Source: Candidatus Latescibacterota bacterium (GTDB lineage Bacteria > Latescibacterota > UBA2968). Taken from it: 64,000 bases of DNA. The stretch covers positions 768,001-832,000 of the forward strand of contig OZ242010.1 in NCBI GenBank assembly GCA_965204745.1, read 5' to 3'. Of this stretch, positions 9,530 to 18,569 are shown piece by piece. The notes below the pieces were generated by a model, which had not been told where the DNA came from, did not search any database, and saw only the letters and a program-made list of their open reading frames with translations. Position 1 is the first letter of the stretch; each line of letters begins with the position of its first letter. The position numbers and the translations under genes were made by a program.

Positions 9530-10168
9530 AAAACCCTCCTGTGAAAGAATCCGCATGATAGTGGCAGGCTCATAAGCCAACCCACTCAAGACCGCCAAGC
9601 TACCCAAATAATTAGCCTTGTCTGCTTGAGCCAACGAAACCGAATCGCTCCTGCGAACACACTCGCGCAACCAGTCCTCGGAACCCATTCCCACAGGCGG
9701 CTTCATCAAGGGCGCGAAAGGAAGCAAGCCTGCCTGACCGCCTTCAAGAATGCCTCGCCCATCCATCTCGCTCAACCGAAGCACCTTGTATTGCACAAGG
9801 ACGAGATGACCGGCGAGTTCTTGAATGTAGTAGCCCTCATCGCGGCGCCCGGCATTGGGACGCAGATAGATGACAAAGGAATAGACCGGCAAGCCATACT
9901 GCTCGATGAGTCGGATGATATAGGAAGCCATGCGAATAGCCATATCCGCGCTGTCGGTGGTTTGAAATTCGATGTGTACCAAGGCTTCCTCGCCATCGAT
10001 CCGCACGCGAATCACGCTATCGGCCAGGCGCGTTTCAACCCTGGGGAGTTCGGAGTCGAGGATTTCTTCAACTTCAATTTCGACATCCTCGCGTCCGAGA
10101 GCCAAGCGGATGAGGTCTTGCGGGTAGAGGTGAATCAACTGCTTGGGAATCGTATCGTATTCTGCCAT
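9167..10168 (-). CDS. Rpn/YhgA-like PD-(D/E)XK nuclease (copy 1)
   Basis: ADSVI...HIEFQT motif, LLPFAPLM, (IEQG)n tract, DUF4351-like C-terminus; AGGAGG RBS. Confidence 0.85.
   Translation of the reverse strand: MAEYDTIPKQLIHLYPQDLIRLALGREDVEIEVEEILDSELPRVETRLADSVIRVRIDGEEALVHIEFQTTDSADMAIRMASYIIRLIEQYGLPVYSFVIYLRPNAGRRDEGYYIQELAGHLVLVQYKVLRLSEMDGRGILEGGQAGLLPFAPLMKPPVGMGSEDWLRECVRRSDSVSLAQADKANYLGSLAVLSGLAYEPATIMRILSQEGFMDAIMRESSFAQYLEEHFKEQFLEQGIEQGIEQGIEQGIEQGIEQGIEQGIEQGIERGVRERAVEDILDVLEIRFNPAVAGQFAAHIAAIDDLPRLKRLHRAAVQVDDLEAFQHMLDAEA
9365..9460 (-). repeat. Coding tandem repeat, 8 x 12 bp (GAGCAGGGAATC, EQGI)
   Basis: Perfect repeat read directly. Confidence 0.95.
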
Positions 10169-10469
10169 GGGGCGCCTCCTGATGTGGCATGGTTTGAACG
10201 ATTTGCGGAAAAAAATAAATAATCTCCAATCCCGCTCGCGATGTCAAGTGATTTCCCTGCCGCGCCCACCATCCACCCGTGCGGCCTCGCCGATCCACCC
10301 CGCCACCCGTGCGTGCCCGTCCTCTCCGCCCTGCCGCCGTGTGCGTTAACCCCGTCTTTCCCTCTCCTCTTGTATCTTCGGGCGAGCACGGGGGCATCGC
10401 CCAAAAAGGTGAGAGGTGAGAGGCAAGACGTGAGAAGGCCACCCCTCTCCCCTCTTGTATCTTGGAAGT

Positions 10470-10700
10470 AAGGGTTAATTAGGAGTTGCGCCCTCGTATC
10501 GAGATAAGCCATCTTGATGCCCGGCTCGGGGAAGGCCGGCCCCTCTTGAAGGCGATGACCTTGTAGGTAAGATAGGCCCCCCGACCGCCGGGTCTATGCC
10601 GAAGAGTATCTAAGCCCCTTGAGGCTGCATATACAAGACCGGTAGACTTGGCGTCAATGGTCGGGACGCGACCCCGAGCGCGCACCAGATCCCTTACAAC
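10470..10700 (+). ncRNA. Predicted IS110 bridge RNA (copy 1)
   Basis: Two stem-loops whose internal loops carry CCCCTCTTG (10540-48), AGGTAAGA (10565-72), AGAGTATCT (10603-11) and ATACAAGA (10631-38), matching target and donor junctions; RNA ends approximate. Confidence 0.75.
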
Positions 10701-10722
10701 CCCCTCATCACAGGAGGCCCCC

Positions 10723-11730
10723 ATGTCGAAATCTCACCCCGCTTTTGCCGGCATTGATGTCAGTGCCCGCACGTTGTCCGTTGCCCTGTCCAGACCCGGA
10801 CAAGCTGTCATGCAAGCGACCTTTGCCAATGATCCCCAAGCGCATAAGCGGTTGCTGAAGTGGCTCACGAAGGGCGGGCACATGGTCTCTGTGTGCCTCG
10901 AAGCGACCGGGCTTTACAGTTTGGGGGTGGCCTTGGCCTTGCATCGGCATCGCCACACAAAGGTCATGGTCGTCAATCCCAAAGCGATGAGCAAGTACGC
11001 CCAAGCCTGCATGCAACGGGCGAAGACGGATGCGAAGGATGCGTTGTTGATCCTCGACTATGCCGAGCGCATGCCTTTTGTGCCTTGGCAAGCGCCGAGC
11101 GAGCAACGGCTTCAACTGCAAGCCCTCACCAGACGCATTGACCAACTCAAGCAGGAGATCATCCGCGAACAGAGCCGCAACCACGCGCAGAGCTACCACA
11201 TCCGCAGCACACGTCTCATCGCACGCGATATTCAGGTGAATATTCGACACTTCAAACGCCGGATTGCATACTTGGAAAGCCAAGCCCTCGATCTCGTTTT
11301 GCACGATGAGCCCCTCAAGCGTGCCTACCAACGCCTCTGCTCGACGCCTGGCATCGCGCAAACGAGTGCCTTGCGGCTCTTGGCCGAGTTGACCCTTTTG
11401 CCAGAGGAGATGCAACCGCCCCAGTGGGTCGCACATGCAGGCCTGGATCCCAAACCCAAACAATCCGGAACCGCCAATCCACAAAGACGCATCTCGAAAA
11501 CCGGGAATAAGTACCTCCGCCATGCCCTCTATATGCCTGCCTGGGTGGCCAGCAGACACGAAGTCCATGTCAAAGCCTTCTATGACCAACTCATCGCCCG
11601 CGGCAAGAAACCTTTGCAGGCTATCGTTGCGGTGATGCGAAAGTTGCTCCATTCGATCTGGGGCATGTTGCGCCATGACCAAGATTTTGAGGGCGAGAAA
11701 TTCTATCGAATCGCCCCGCAATCCCCTTGA
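10723..11730 (+). CDS. IS110 family recombinase/transposase
   Basis: RuvC-like DEDD (GIDVS, CLEATG, KTDAKDA), C-terminal Tnp domain with KQSG serine, GNKYLR, AVMRKLL; AGGAGG RBS. Confidence 0.95.
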   Translation: MSKSHPAFAGIDVSARTLSVALSRPGQAVMQATFANDPQAHKRLLKWLTKGGHMVSVCLEATGLYSLGVALALHRHRHTKVMVVNPKAMSKYAQACMQRAKTDAKDALLILDYAERMPFVPWQAPSEQRLQLQALTRRIDQLKQEIIREQSRNHAQSYHIRSTRLIARDIQVNIRHFKRRIAYLESQALDLVLHDEPLKRAYQRLCSTPGIAQTSALRLLAELTLLPEEMQPPQWVAHAGLDPKPKQSGTANPQRRISKTGNKYLRHALYMPAWVASRHEVHVKAFYDQLIARGKKPLQAIVAVMRKLLHSIWGMLRHDQDFEGEKFYRIAPQSP

Positions 11731-11753
11731 CCTTTTAAGAGAGTATCTTGCCC

Positions 11754-11802
11754 TGCCTCTTGCCTCTTGCCTCTTGCCTCTTGCCTCTTGCCTCTTACCT
11801 CT
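11754..11802 (+). repeat. Heptamer tandem repeat (TGCCTCT)6-TACCTCT
   Basis: Read directly; abuts the IS110 right end. Confidence 0.95.
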
Positions 11803-11808
11803 TCCCTT

Positions 11809-13227
11809 TTACTGACTATTGAGATAATGCTGAATGAGCCTGCGCGCGCGATAGGTTTTTACGCGGCGGACCCAGCTCTTTTTTGGATATTGGGCAGGGT
11901 CCGTGTCGATCTCGACCGTATCGCCCCAAGCCAGTTTGGAAAACGGATACGCGCGCGCGCCATTGATGCGCCCGCCTCTGCACTGCATCCCCAGATCCGT
12001 GTGAACCGCAAACGCAAAATCGACCACTGTCGCATCCTCTGGCAAAATAAAGGGATCGCCCATTGGGGTGAACGCGACGATTTCCCGGGTAAAGAGAATG
12101 CGCTTGAGTTCGGACATCGAGTGGCGCGTGTGGGCGGTTTGGTCGTGCCAGTCCGCAAAGTCGTGGAGCCAGCGCGTGCGGCGTTTTTCGTGTTGCTCGT
12201 CGCCGCGCAGGGCCGCGATGCCAAATTCGCCCAAGCGGTGCATGGCCGGGGTTTGAATGTGGAGTTCGTAGCGGTGGTCTTTGTGGTGGATGCAGGTGTG
12301 GAGGGCCTGATACCCATTGCGCTTGGGCAGGGCGATAAATTCCTTGAACCGCGCCATCACCGGCAAGAAGTGTTCGTGCAAAATGCCCAACGCCAAATAG
12401 CACACTGGGCGACGCGAGACGATGATCTCGATGGCGTAGCGGTCGCGGATTTGACCGAGTGGCCGATGCTGCATTTTGCGATAGATGCTACTCAAACTTT
12501 TCGGCTGCACGCGCACGCTCGTCCGCACGCCATTTTTGAGTAGCAAGTCGCGAATGGTGTCCCGAAATCGCCGGAGGTGCGCGGGGGGTTCGGCGTTAAA
12601 CTCGGCCTGGATCAGATGGGCGATCTGCGGGTTGAGACAACAAAGACTGCGGTCTTCGAGTTCGCGGCGGATGCGCGCCATGCCCAAGAGATGCGACAGG
12701 GGCGCGTATATATCCACGGTTTCTCGCGCAATGCGTTCCCGCCTGCTCTGTTCTGCAATGCCGTGCAGACTCCGCATGTTGTACATGCGATCCGCCAACT
12801 TGAGAACGAGCACGCGCGGGTCGCGTCTGGCGTACGTGAACAAGTGTTGCAATGTGGCGATGCGCCGCGCCGCGCGACTGGCCTTCGAGTGGGAGACCTT
12901 TGTGACCCCGCTGACCAAGGTGGCGATGGTCCCGCCAAAGTTGGGTTCGATATCGTCGAGGCCCAAAGCCGAATCTTCGACCGCGTCGTGCAGCAGGGCC
13001 GCGGCCATCATTTCCGCGTCGTGTGCAAAGCCCAGTTCAGATGCCAAGATGAGGGCCACGCCAATGGGATGCGTGATATACGGCTGCCCGGCGTCGCGGT
13101 TCTGGCCCTCATGACTGGCATTGGCAAAGTGATAGGCTTGCCCCACGAGCGGGCGATTGTGCGGGGCGATTTGCACCATCAGTTTCCGCAGGGGTTCGCG
13201 GATGGCAATTTGGCGTTCCGCATTCAT
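11809..13227 (-). CDS. Short RelA/SpoT homologue: HD hydrolase + degenerate synthetase + TGS
   Basis: PYITHP, LLHDAVED, KLADRMYNMR; PKRNGYQALHT; TGS VDFAFAVHTDLG; no ZFD/ACT domains. Confidence 0.85.
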   Translation of the reverse strand: MNAERQIAIREPLRKLMVQIAPHNRPLVGQAYHFANASHEGQNRDAGQPYITHPIGVALILASELGFAHDAEMMAAALLHDAVEDSALGLDDIEPNFGGTIATLVSGVTKVSHSKASRAARRIATLQHLFTYARRDPRVLVLKLADRMYNMRSLHGIAEQSRRERIARETVDIYAPLSHLLGMARIRRELEDRSLCCLNPQIAHLIQAEFNAEPPAHLRRFRDTIRDLLLKNGVRTSVRVQPKSLSSIYRKMQHRPLGQIRDRYAIEIIVSRRPVCYLALGILHEHFLPVMARFKEFIALPKRNGYQALHTCIHHKDHRYELHIQTPAMHRLGEFGIAALRGDEQHEKRRTRWLHDFADWHDQTAHTRHSMSELKRILFTREIVAFTPMGDPFILPEDATVVDFAFAVHTDLGMQCRGGRINGARAYPFSKLAWGDTVEIDTDPAQYPKKSWVRRVKTYRARRLIQHYLNSQ

Positions 13228-16064
13228 GAACCGCTTCTCTCCTCGACTTCGTCGAACCAGCGTTTGATGGTTTGCAACAACTCCGCAGGCGCGCGAAACC
13301 CCCGGTATTGCACGGGCAGGGCTTCGAGAAAGGCCCGCCCATAGCTCGTGGACAACACCCGGTTGTCAAAGACAATGACCACCCCTCGGTCGGATTTGTT
13401 GCGGATCAGGCGGCCAAATCCCTGCCGAAACTTGAGGATGGCCTCGGGCACTGAATAGTGCAAAAACGGGTTTTTGCCCTGTTTTTCGAGTTCTTCCAAA
13501 TGCGCTGCGACGAGGGGTTCAGAGGGCACGGCAAAGGGCAGGCGCACAATGCCCAAAATCTCCAAGGCTTCGCCTGGGATATCCACGCCCTCCCAAAAGC
13601 TGCTCGTGCCCAAGAGCACCGCGGGGCGATGGGTCTTAAAGCGGTCAGTAATGCTGCCGCGCGCGCCGTCTATCCCCTGCCCCAAGAGCGCGATGCCATC
13701 GGAGGCGAGATCGGATTTGAGCGCGCGATGCGACTGGTTGAGCATGCTGTATGACGTGAACAAGGCCAGCGTTCCCCGGCCGACCTCGCGCGCGAGATCG
13801 CGCAACAAATCATCCACTGCGCGTTGAAAATCCGGCGACTTGGGCGAGGGCATGAATTGCGGCACGCAGACCATGGCTTGCAAATCGTAGTCAAAGGGCG
13901 ACCCCAAACAGCGCGTTTGCACCCGGCCCTCGGGCAGGGCGTCGAGGCCCATGCGCCGCAGGAAATAGATGAGTTTGCCGCGAATGCCGAGCGTGGCAGA
14001 GGTGAAGACGATGGTCCGCATCTCGTCGTACAGGGCGTTTTGCAAGACCTCGGCCACGTACAGGGGCGCGGAAAACAAGCGCGTGTCACTGCTGTTCTCC
14101 CGGGTCGGCAATTCAAACCAGTACACGTACTTCTCGTCTTCCGCTTTCGTCAAGTGCTCCAGGGTTTTGATGATGTCCTTGCCGGTCTGCACGCGCCCGT
14201 CGAGTTCGTTGACGAGTTCGTCTTGGTTGGGAAACGCGTCGTCCGGCACGTTCTTGAATGAGTTGCACAAACTTTCGAGGCTGGCGTACAGGTCGTCCAC
14301 AGCACGGACGAAATCCGCCAGACTGTCGCCGACGCTTGCAAACGCATTTTCCCCCGGGCCATACCGCACTTTTTGCGCGTACGAAAATTTGCGATTCCCC
14401 TGCTTGCCGCGCTGTACATCCGTGAGATTTTGGAAAAACGCCTGCGCTTTGAGATACGCGTCTTCAGCGGCGTTTGTGGCCCGCCCAATGCCCGTGTCAA
14501 AGGCCGCATAACTGTGGTCTTTGAGATCGGCCACGCCGATCCAATGGCGCAGTGCGGGCAGGGTGCCGGTGCTGTTGAAGCCCGGGCTACACAGTTGGTC
14601 CGTAAAATTTTTGATGTGCCAGATATTGAGGTCGTAACCCAAGTACTGCGCGGCGACTTTTTCGATGTTGTGGGCCTCGTCCAAAATGAGGTCTTCGTAC
14701 TCCCCGAGCACGGCGTTTTCCGAGACGATGTCGGCAAAGAGCAAGGCGTGATTGACCACCACGACATGGGACTTTTGGGCCGCGCGGCGCACCCTGTTGG
14801 CAAAACACCGCCCATTGGTGCGGCAGCGTTGCGACCGGCAATACCCGGAATCGGAACACACCTTTGCCCACAGCCCGGCGTAGCGGCGCATGTCAAAACC
14901 GTTGTTTTCCGAAATGTCCCCGGTTTGCGTCTGCTCGGCCCATACCGCGAGGGCCAACGCGCCAACGCGCTCGTCTTCGCTGAAGAACGCATCGACATTG
15001 GCGAGGGCCGCCTGCCAGCGGTTGAGGCAAATGTAATTCCCGCGGCCTTTGAGCAACACGTAGCTAAAGGGGATGTCGAGGACGCGCTCGAGGTGGGGCA
15101 GGTCTTTGAAAAACAACTGCTCCTGAAGATTTTTCGTATTGGTGGAAACGATGACGCGGCGGCCATTTTGCGCCGCGTGGTGAATGGCAGGGGTCAGATA
15201 GGCCATGGATTTGCCCACGCCGGTTCCGGCTTCGGCAACGAGCAACTCGTCGTCATTGAAGGCCCCGGCAACGGCGCGCATCATTTCGATTTGCTCGGCG
15301 CGGACTTCATACCCCCGGGTCTGCTGTTCAAACGCGCCACCCGCTTCAAACAGGGCGCCGAGCATGTCGATGTCCAACGGCTCAAATTCCTCTGCCTCTG
15401 CGCGCGGTTCGTCGCCGCCCACATTGGACAAGGGCAAGTCGTCCGCGCCGCCCCCGCGCATGCGCGTCATAAATTCGCGCTTGATCGCTTCGTTGCCCAA
15501 ATCGACAAAAATGGGACGCAAGGTGTCCGCGCTGCCTTGCAAGAGGCGGAGAATGCTCTGTTTGGTGCTCAATGACGTATCGCGCAACGCGTCGAGCACG
15601 CCCGCGTAAATGCCCGCGAGTCGCTCTGCAACGCAATCCGATTCAACGCCCAAATACGCCGCTATCGCGTCTGCCCGATGATCGGACAACCGGGGCAGGG
15701 CAATCCTCGCCAAGTCGCGTACGCTGTGCATGTCGTTGCCAAAGGGCAGACGGGATGCCTCGGCCAAAAACCGCGCTTCAAACCGGCCGCTGTGCGCGAT
15801 GATCGGCATGTCGCCGGCAAAGGCCATGAAGTTTTCGAGGGCCGCGCCGATGCGGGGCGCGTTGCGTACGTCTTTGAACGCGATGCCGGTCAGGCGCGTG
15901 GTTTCTTCGGGCACGCCCATGCGCGGGCGCACATGGGTATGGAACCGGTCGATCACTTCGCCCTCTTTGACTTTGACGCAGTCGATCCCGATGATTTCCG
16001 CTTCTTTGGGATCCAGCCCCGTGGTTTTCAGGGCGAGGGTTATGAACGTATGGAGAATGGACAT
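13224..16064 (-). CDS. dinG: DinG-family helicase with N-terminal (degenerate) DEDDh exonuclease domain
   Basis: AGTGVGKS, KGRGNYIC, Fe-S cysteines, LDEAH, SFWEGVD, QGFGRLIR; ATGA overlap with the downstream RSH gene. Confidence 0.9.
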   Translation of the reverse strand: MSILHTFITLALKTTGLDPKEAEIIGIDCVKVKEGEVIDRFHTHVRPRMGVPEETTRLTGIAFKDVRNAPRIGAALENFMAFAGDMPIIAHSGRFEARFLAEASRLPFGNDMHSVRDLARIALPRLSDHRADAIAAYLGVESDCVAERLAGIYAGVLDALRDTSLSTKQSILRLLQGSADTLRPIFVDLGNEAIKREFMTRMRGGGADDLPLSNVGGDEPRAEAEEFEPLDIDMLGALFEAGGAFEQQTRGYEVRAEQIEMMRAVAGAFNDDELLVAEAGTGVGKSMAYLTPAIHHAAQNGRRVIVSTNTKNLQEQLFFKDLPHLERVLDIPFSYVLLKGRGNYICLNRWQAALANVDAFFSEDERVGALALAVWAEQTQTGDISENNGFDMRRYAGLWAKVCSDSGYCRSQRCRTNGRCFANRVRRAAQKSHVVVVNHALLFADIVSENAVLGEYEDLILDEAHNIEKVAAQYLGYDLNIWHIKNFTDQLCSPGFNSTGTLPALRHWIGVADLKDHSYAAFDTGIGRATNAAEDAYLKAQAFFQNLTDVQRGKQGNRKFSYAQKVRYGPGENAFASVGDSLADFVRAVDDLYASLESLCNSFKNVPDDAFPNQDELVNELDGRVQTGKDIIKTLEHLTKAEDEKYVYWFELPTRENSSDTRLFSAPLYVAEVLQNALYDEMRTIVFTSATLGIRGKLIYFLRRMGLDALPEGRVQTRCLGSPFDYDLQAMVCVPQFMPSPKSPDFQRAVDDLLRDLAREVGRGTLALFTSYSMLNQSHRALKSDLASDGIALLGQGIDGARGSITDRFKTHRPAVLLGTSSFWEGVDIPGEALEILGIVRLPFAVPSEPLVAAHLEELEKQGKNPFLHYSVPEAILKFRQGFGRLIRNKSDRGVVIVFDNRVLSTSYGRAFLEALPVQYRGFRAPAELLQTIKRWFDEVEERSGS

Positions 16065-16232
16065 GGCGGCTTTGGGTTGACGCTTTGGGTTTTGTCGGGT
16101 ATCATAACGGCGTTGACGCGCCAGGCGGCACGCGCATTTTGATTATACAGCATAACTCGCGGAAAGCCAAGCCTTAAGTATCCTATTGATTTGAATGACC
16201 ACTGGCGAACATTAAAACACTTTGGAGGCGTG

Positions 16233-17249
16233 ATGAAAGCATCGGTTTATTTGGGACCCGAGCGCGTTGAATTGCGCGACATCGACGTGCCGCGGCCCTC
16301 GGCTGGCGAGGTGCTCATCAAAGTGGCGCGGGCGGGCTTGTGCGGCACGGATCTGCACATTTATCAGGGCCACATGGATCAGCGCGTGCAAATTCCGCTG
16401 GTGATGGGGCACGAGATGTGCGGCGAAATTGTGGAGACTGGAAAAGATGCCGCGTTCACCGTGGGCGACCGCGTGGTGGTTGAACCCACGGTGGCTTGCG
16501 GCGCGTGTGCGGCCTGCCGGCGGGGGCATCGGCACGTCTGTCAAAATCTGAATTTTTTGGGGATCGATTCCGCGGGCGCGTTTCAGGCGTTTTGGAATGC
16601 GCCGATCCATCGCTTGCACCGCGTGCCCGACGCCTTGGATGACGACGCGGGCGCGTTGATCGAACCCTTGGCCGTGGCGGTACACGATGTTCGGCGCGCA
16701 AAAGTGGAATTGGGCGACCGTGCGGTTGTCATTGGCGGCGGGCCGATTGGGATGCTCGTCGCCATGGCCGCCCGATTGGATGGCGCCGAGGTGGTGATCG
16801 CCGAAGTGAATCCCTTCCGGCTGGCAAAAGCCGAGGCATTGGGCTTTGCGGTTGTGAACCCCTTGGCAACCGATCTCATCGCGTACACAGAGGATTGGAC
16901 CGAGGGCGCGGGCGCAGATCTGGTGTTTGAAGTCAGCGGTAGCGCACCAGGTGCAGAGGTTATGACCGCGTTGGCCCGGGTGCGTGGAACCATTGTGCTG
17001 GTGGGCGTACACGCCGAGCCGCCGCCTGTGGATTTGCAGCGTTTTTTTTGGCGAGAATTGCATCTAATAGCCTGCCGCGTCTATGAACCCATCGATTTTG
17101 AACGCGCCATTCGCTTGGCATCGTCCGGCGCGATTGATGTCAAAGCACTGGTGACAAACACGCTACCGCTAGACGACGCGGCAAAGGGATTTGAACAAAT
17201 GGCCGCAGGCGGCGAGGTGGTGAAGGTGCTGTTGGATTGTCAAGCGTAA
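16233..17249 (+). CDS. Zn-dependent alcohol/sugar-alcohol dehydrogenase
   Basis: CGTDLH, GHE, CGACAAC...C, GGGPIG. Confidence 0.9.
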   Translation: MKASVYLGPERVELRDIDVPRPSAGEVLIKVARAGLCGTDLHIYQGHMDQRVQIPLVMGHEMCGEIVETGKDAAFTVGDRVVVEPTVACGACAACRRGHRHVCQNLNFLGIDSAGAFQAFWNAPIHRLHRVPDALDDDAGALIEPLAVAVHDVRRAKVELGDRAVVIGGGPIGMLVAMAARLDGAEVVIAEVNPFRLAKAEALGFAVVNPLATDLIAYTEDWTEGAGADLVFEVSGSAPGAEVMTALARVRGTIVLVGVHAEPPPVDLQRFFWRELHLIACRVYEPIDFERAIRLASSGAIDVKALVTNTLPLDDAAKGFEQMAAGGEVVKVLLDCQA

Positions 17250-17308
17250 GAGGTGAGACGGGAGACGGGAGAGGCAAGACGGGAGAGGCAAGATACTCTC
17301 TTAAAAGG

Positions 17309-18316
17309 TCAAGGGGTTTTCGGGGTGATTCGATAGAATTTTTCGCCCTCAAAATCTTGGTCATGGCGCAACATGCCCCAGATCGAATGGAGCAACTTTC
17401 GCATCACCGCAACGATAGCCTGCAAAGGTTTCTTGCCGCGGGCGATGAGTTGGTCATAGAAGGCTTTGACATGGCCTTCGTGTCTGATGGCCACCCAGGC
17501 AGGCATATAGAGGGCATGGCGGAGGTACTTATTCCCGGTTTTCGAGATGCGTCTTTGTGGATTGGCGGTTCCGGATTGTTTGGGTTTGGGATCCAGGCCT
17601 GCATGTGCGACCCACTGGGGCGGTTGCATCTCCTCTGGCAAAAGGGTCAACTCGGCCAAGAGCCGCAAGGCACTCGTTTGCGCGATGCCAGGCGTCGAGC
17701 AGAGGCGTTGGTAGGCACGCTTGAGGGGCTCATCGTGCAAAACGAGATCGAGGGCTTGGCTTTCCAAGTATGCAATCCGGCGTTTGAAGTGTCGAATATT
17801 CACCTGAATATCGCGTGCGATGAGACGTGTGCTGCGGATGTGGTAGCTCTGCGCGTGGTTGCGGCTCTGTTCGCGGATGATCTCCTGCTTGAGTTGGTCA
17901 ATGCGTCTGGTGAGGGCTTGCAGTTGAAGCCGTTGCTCGCTCGGCGCTTGCCAAGGCACAAAAGGCATGCGCTCGGCATAGTCGAGGATCAACAACGCAT
18001 CCTTCGCATCCGTCTTCGCCCGTTGCATGCAGGCTTGGGCGTACTTGCTCATCGCTTTGGGATTGACGACCATGACCTTTGTGTGGCGATGCCGATGCAA
18101 GGCCAAGGCCACCCCCAAACTGTAAAGCCCGGTCGCTTCGAGGCACACAGAGACCATGTGCCCGCCCTTCGTGAGCCACTTCAGCAACCGCTTATGCGCT
18201 TGGGGATCATTGGCAAAGGTCGCTTGCATGACAGCTTGTCCGGGTCTGGACAGGGCAACGGACAACGTGCGGGCACTGACATCAATGCCGGCAAAAGCGG
18301 GGTGAGATTTCGACAT
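17309..18316 (-). CDS. IS110 family recombinase/transposase
   Basis: Identical to copy 1 except about 5 C-terminal substitutions. Confidence 0.95.
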   Translation of the reverse strand: MSKSHPAFAGIDVSARTLSVALSRPGQAVMQATFANDPQAHKRLLKWLTKGGHMVSVCLEATGLYSLGVALALHRHRHTKVMVVNPKAMSKYAQACMQRAKTDAKDALLILDYAERMPFVPWQAPSEQRLQLQALTRRIDQLKQEIIREQSRNHAQSYHIRSTRLIARDIQVNIRHFKRRIAYLESQALDLVLHDEPLKRAYQRLCSTPGIAQTSALRLLAELTLLPEEMQPPQWVAHAGLDPKPKQSGTANPQRRISKTGNKYLRHALYMPAWVAIRHEGHVKAFYDQLIARGKKPLQAIVAVMRKLLHSIWGMLRHDQDFEGEKFYRITPKTP

Positions 18317-18338
18317 GGGGGCCTCCTGTGATGAGGGG

Positions 18339-18569
18339 GTTGTAAGGGATCTGGTGCGCGCTCGGGGTCGCGTCCCGACCATTGACGCCAAGTCTACCGG
18401 TCTTGTATATGCAGCCTCAAGGGGCTTAGATACTCTTCGGCATAGACCCGGCGGTCGGGGGGCCTATCTTACCTACAAGGTCATCGCCTTCAAGAGGGGC
18501 CGGCCTTCCCCGAGCCGGGCATCAAGATGGCTTATCTCGATACGAGGGCGCAACTCCTAATTAACCCTT
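18339..18569 (-). ncRNA. Predicted IS110 bridge RNA (copy 2)
   Basis: Same non-coding end as copy 1. Confidence 0.75.

Larger units (their letters stand above)
10453..11750 (+). mobile_element. IS110-family insertion sequence (copy 1), ends defined by the repeated core TCTTG
   Basis: 1298 bp nearly identical to 17289-18586 in inverted orientation; no TIRs; TCTTG at 10453-10457 and 11746-11750. Confidence 0.9.

Noticed and set aside
10457-10463. GTATCTT as the IS110 core/TSD
   Set aside because: The right-donor guide match (TCTTGTAT) and the circle promoter spacing favour TCTTG; not fully excluded
10479-10724. 81-aa antisense ORF in the IS110 left end (also 18315-18560)
   Set aside because: No RBS or recognisable motifs; the region is better explained as bridge RNA
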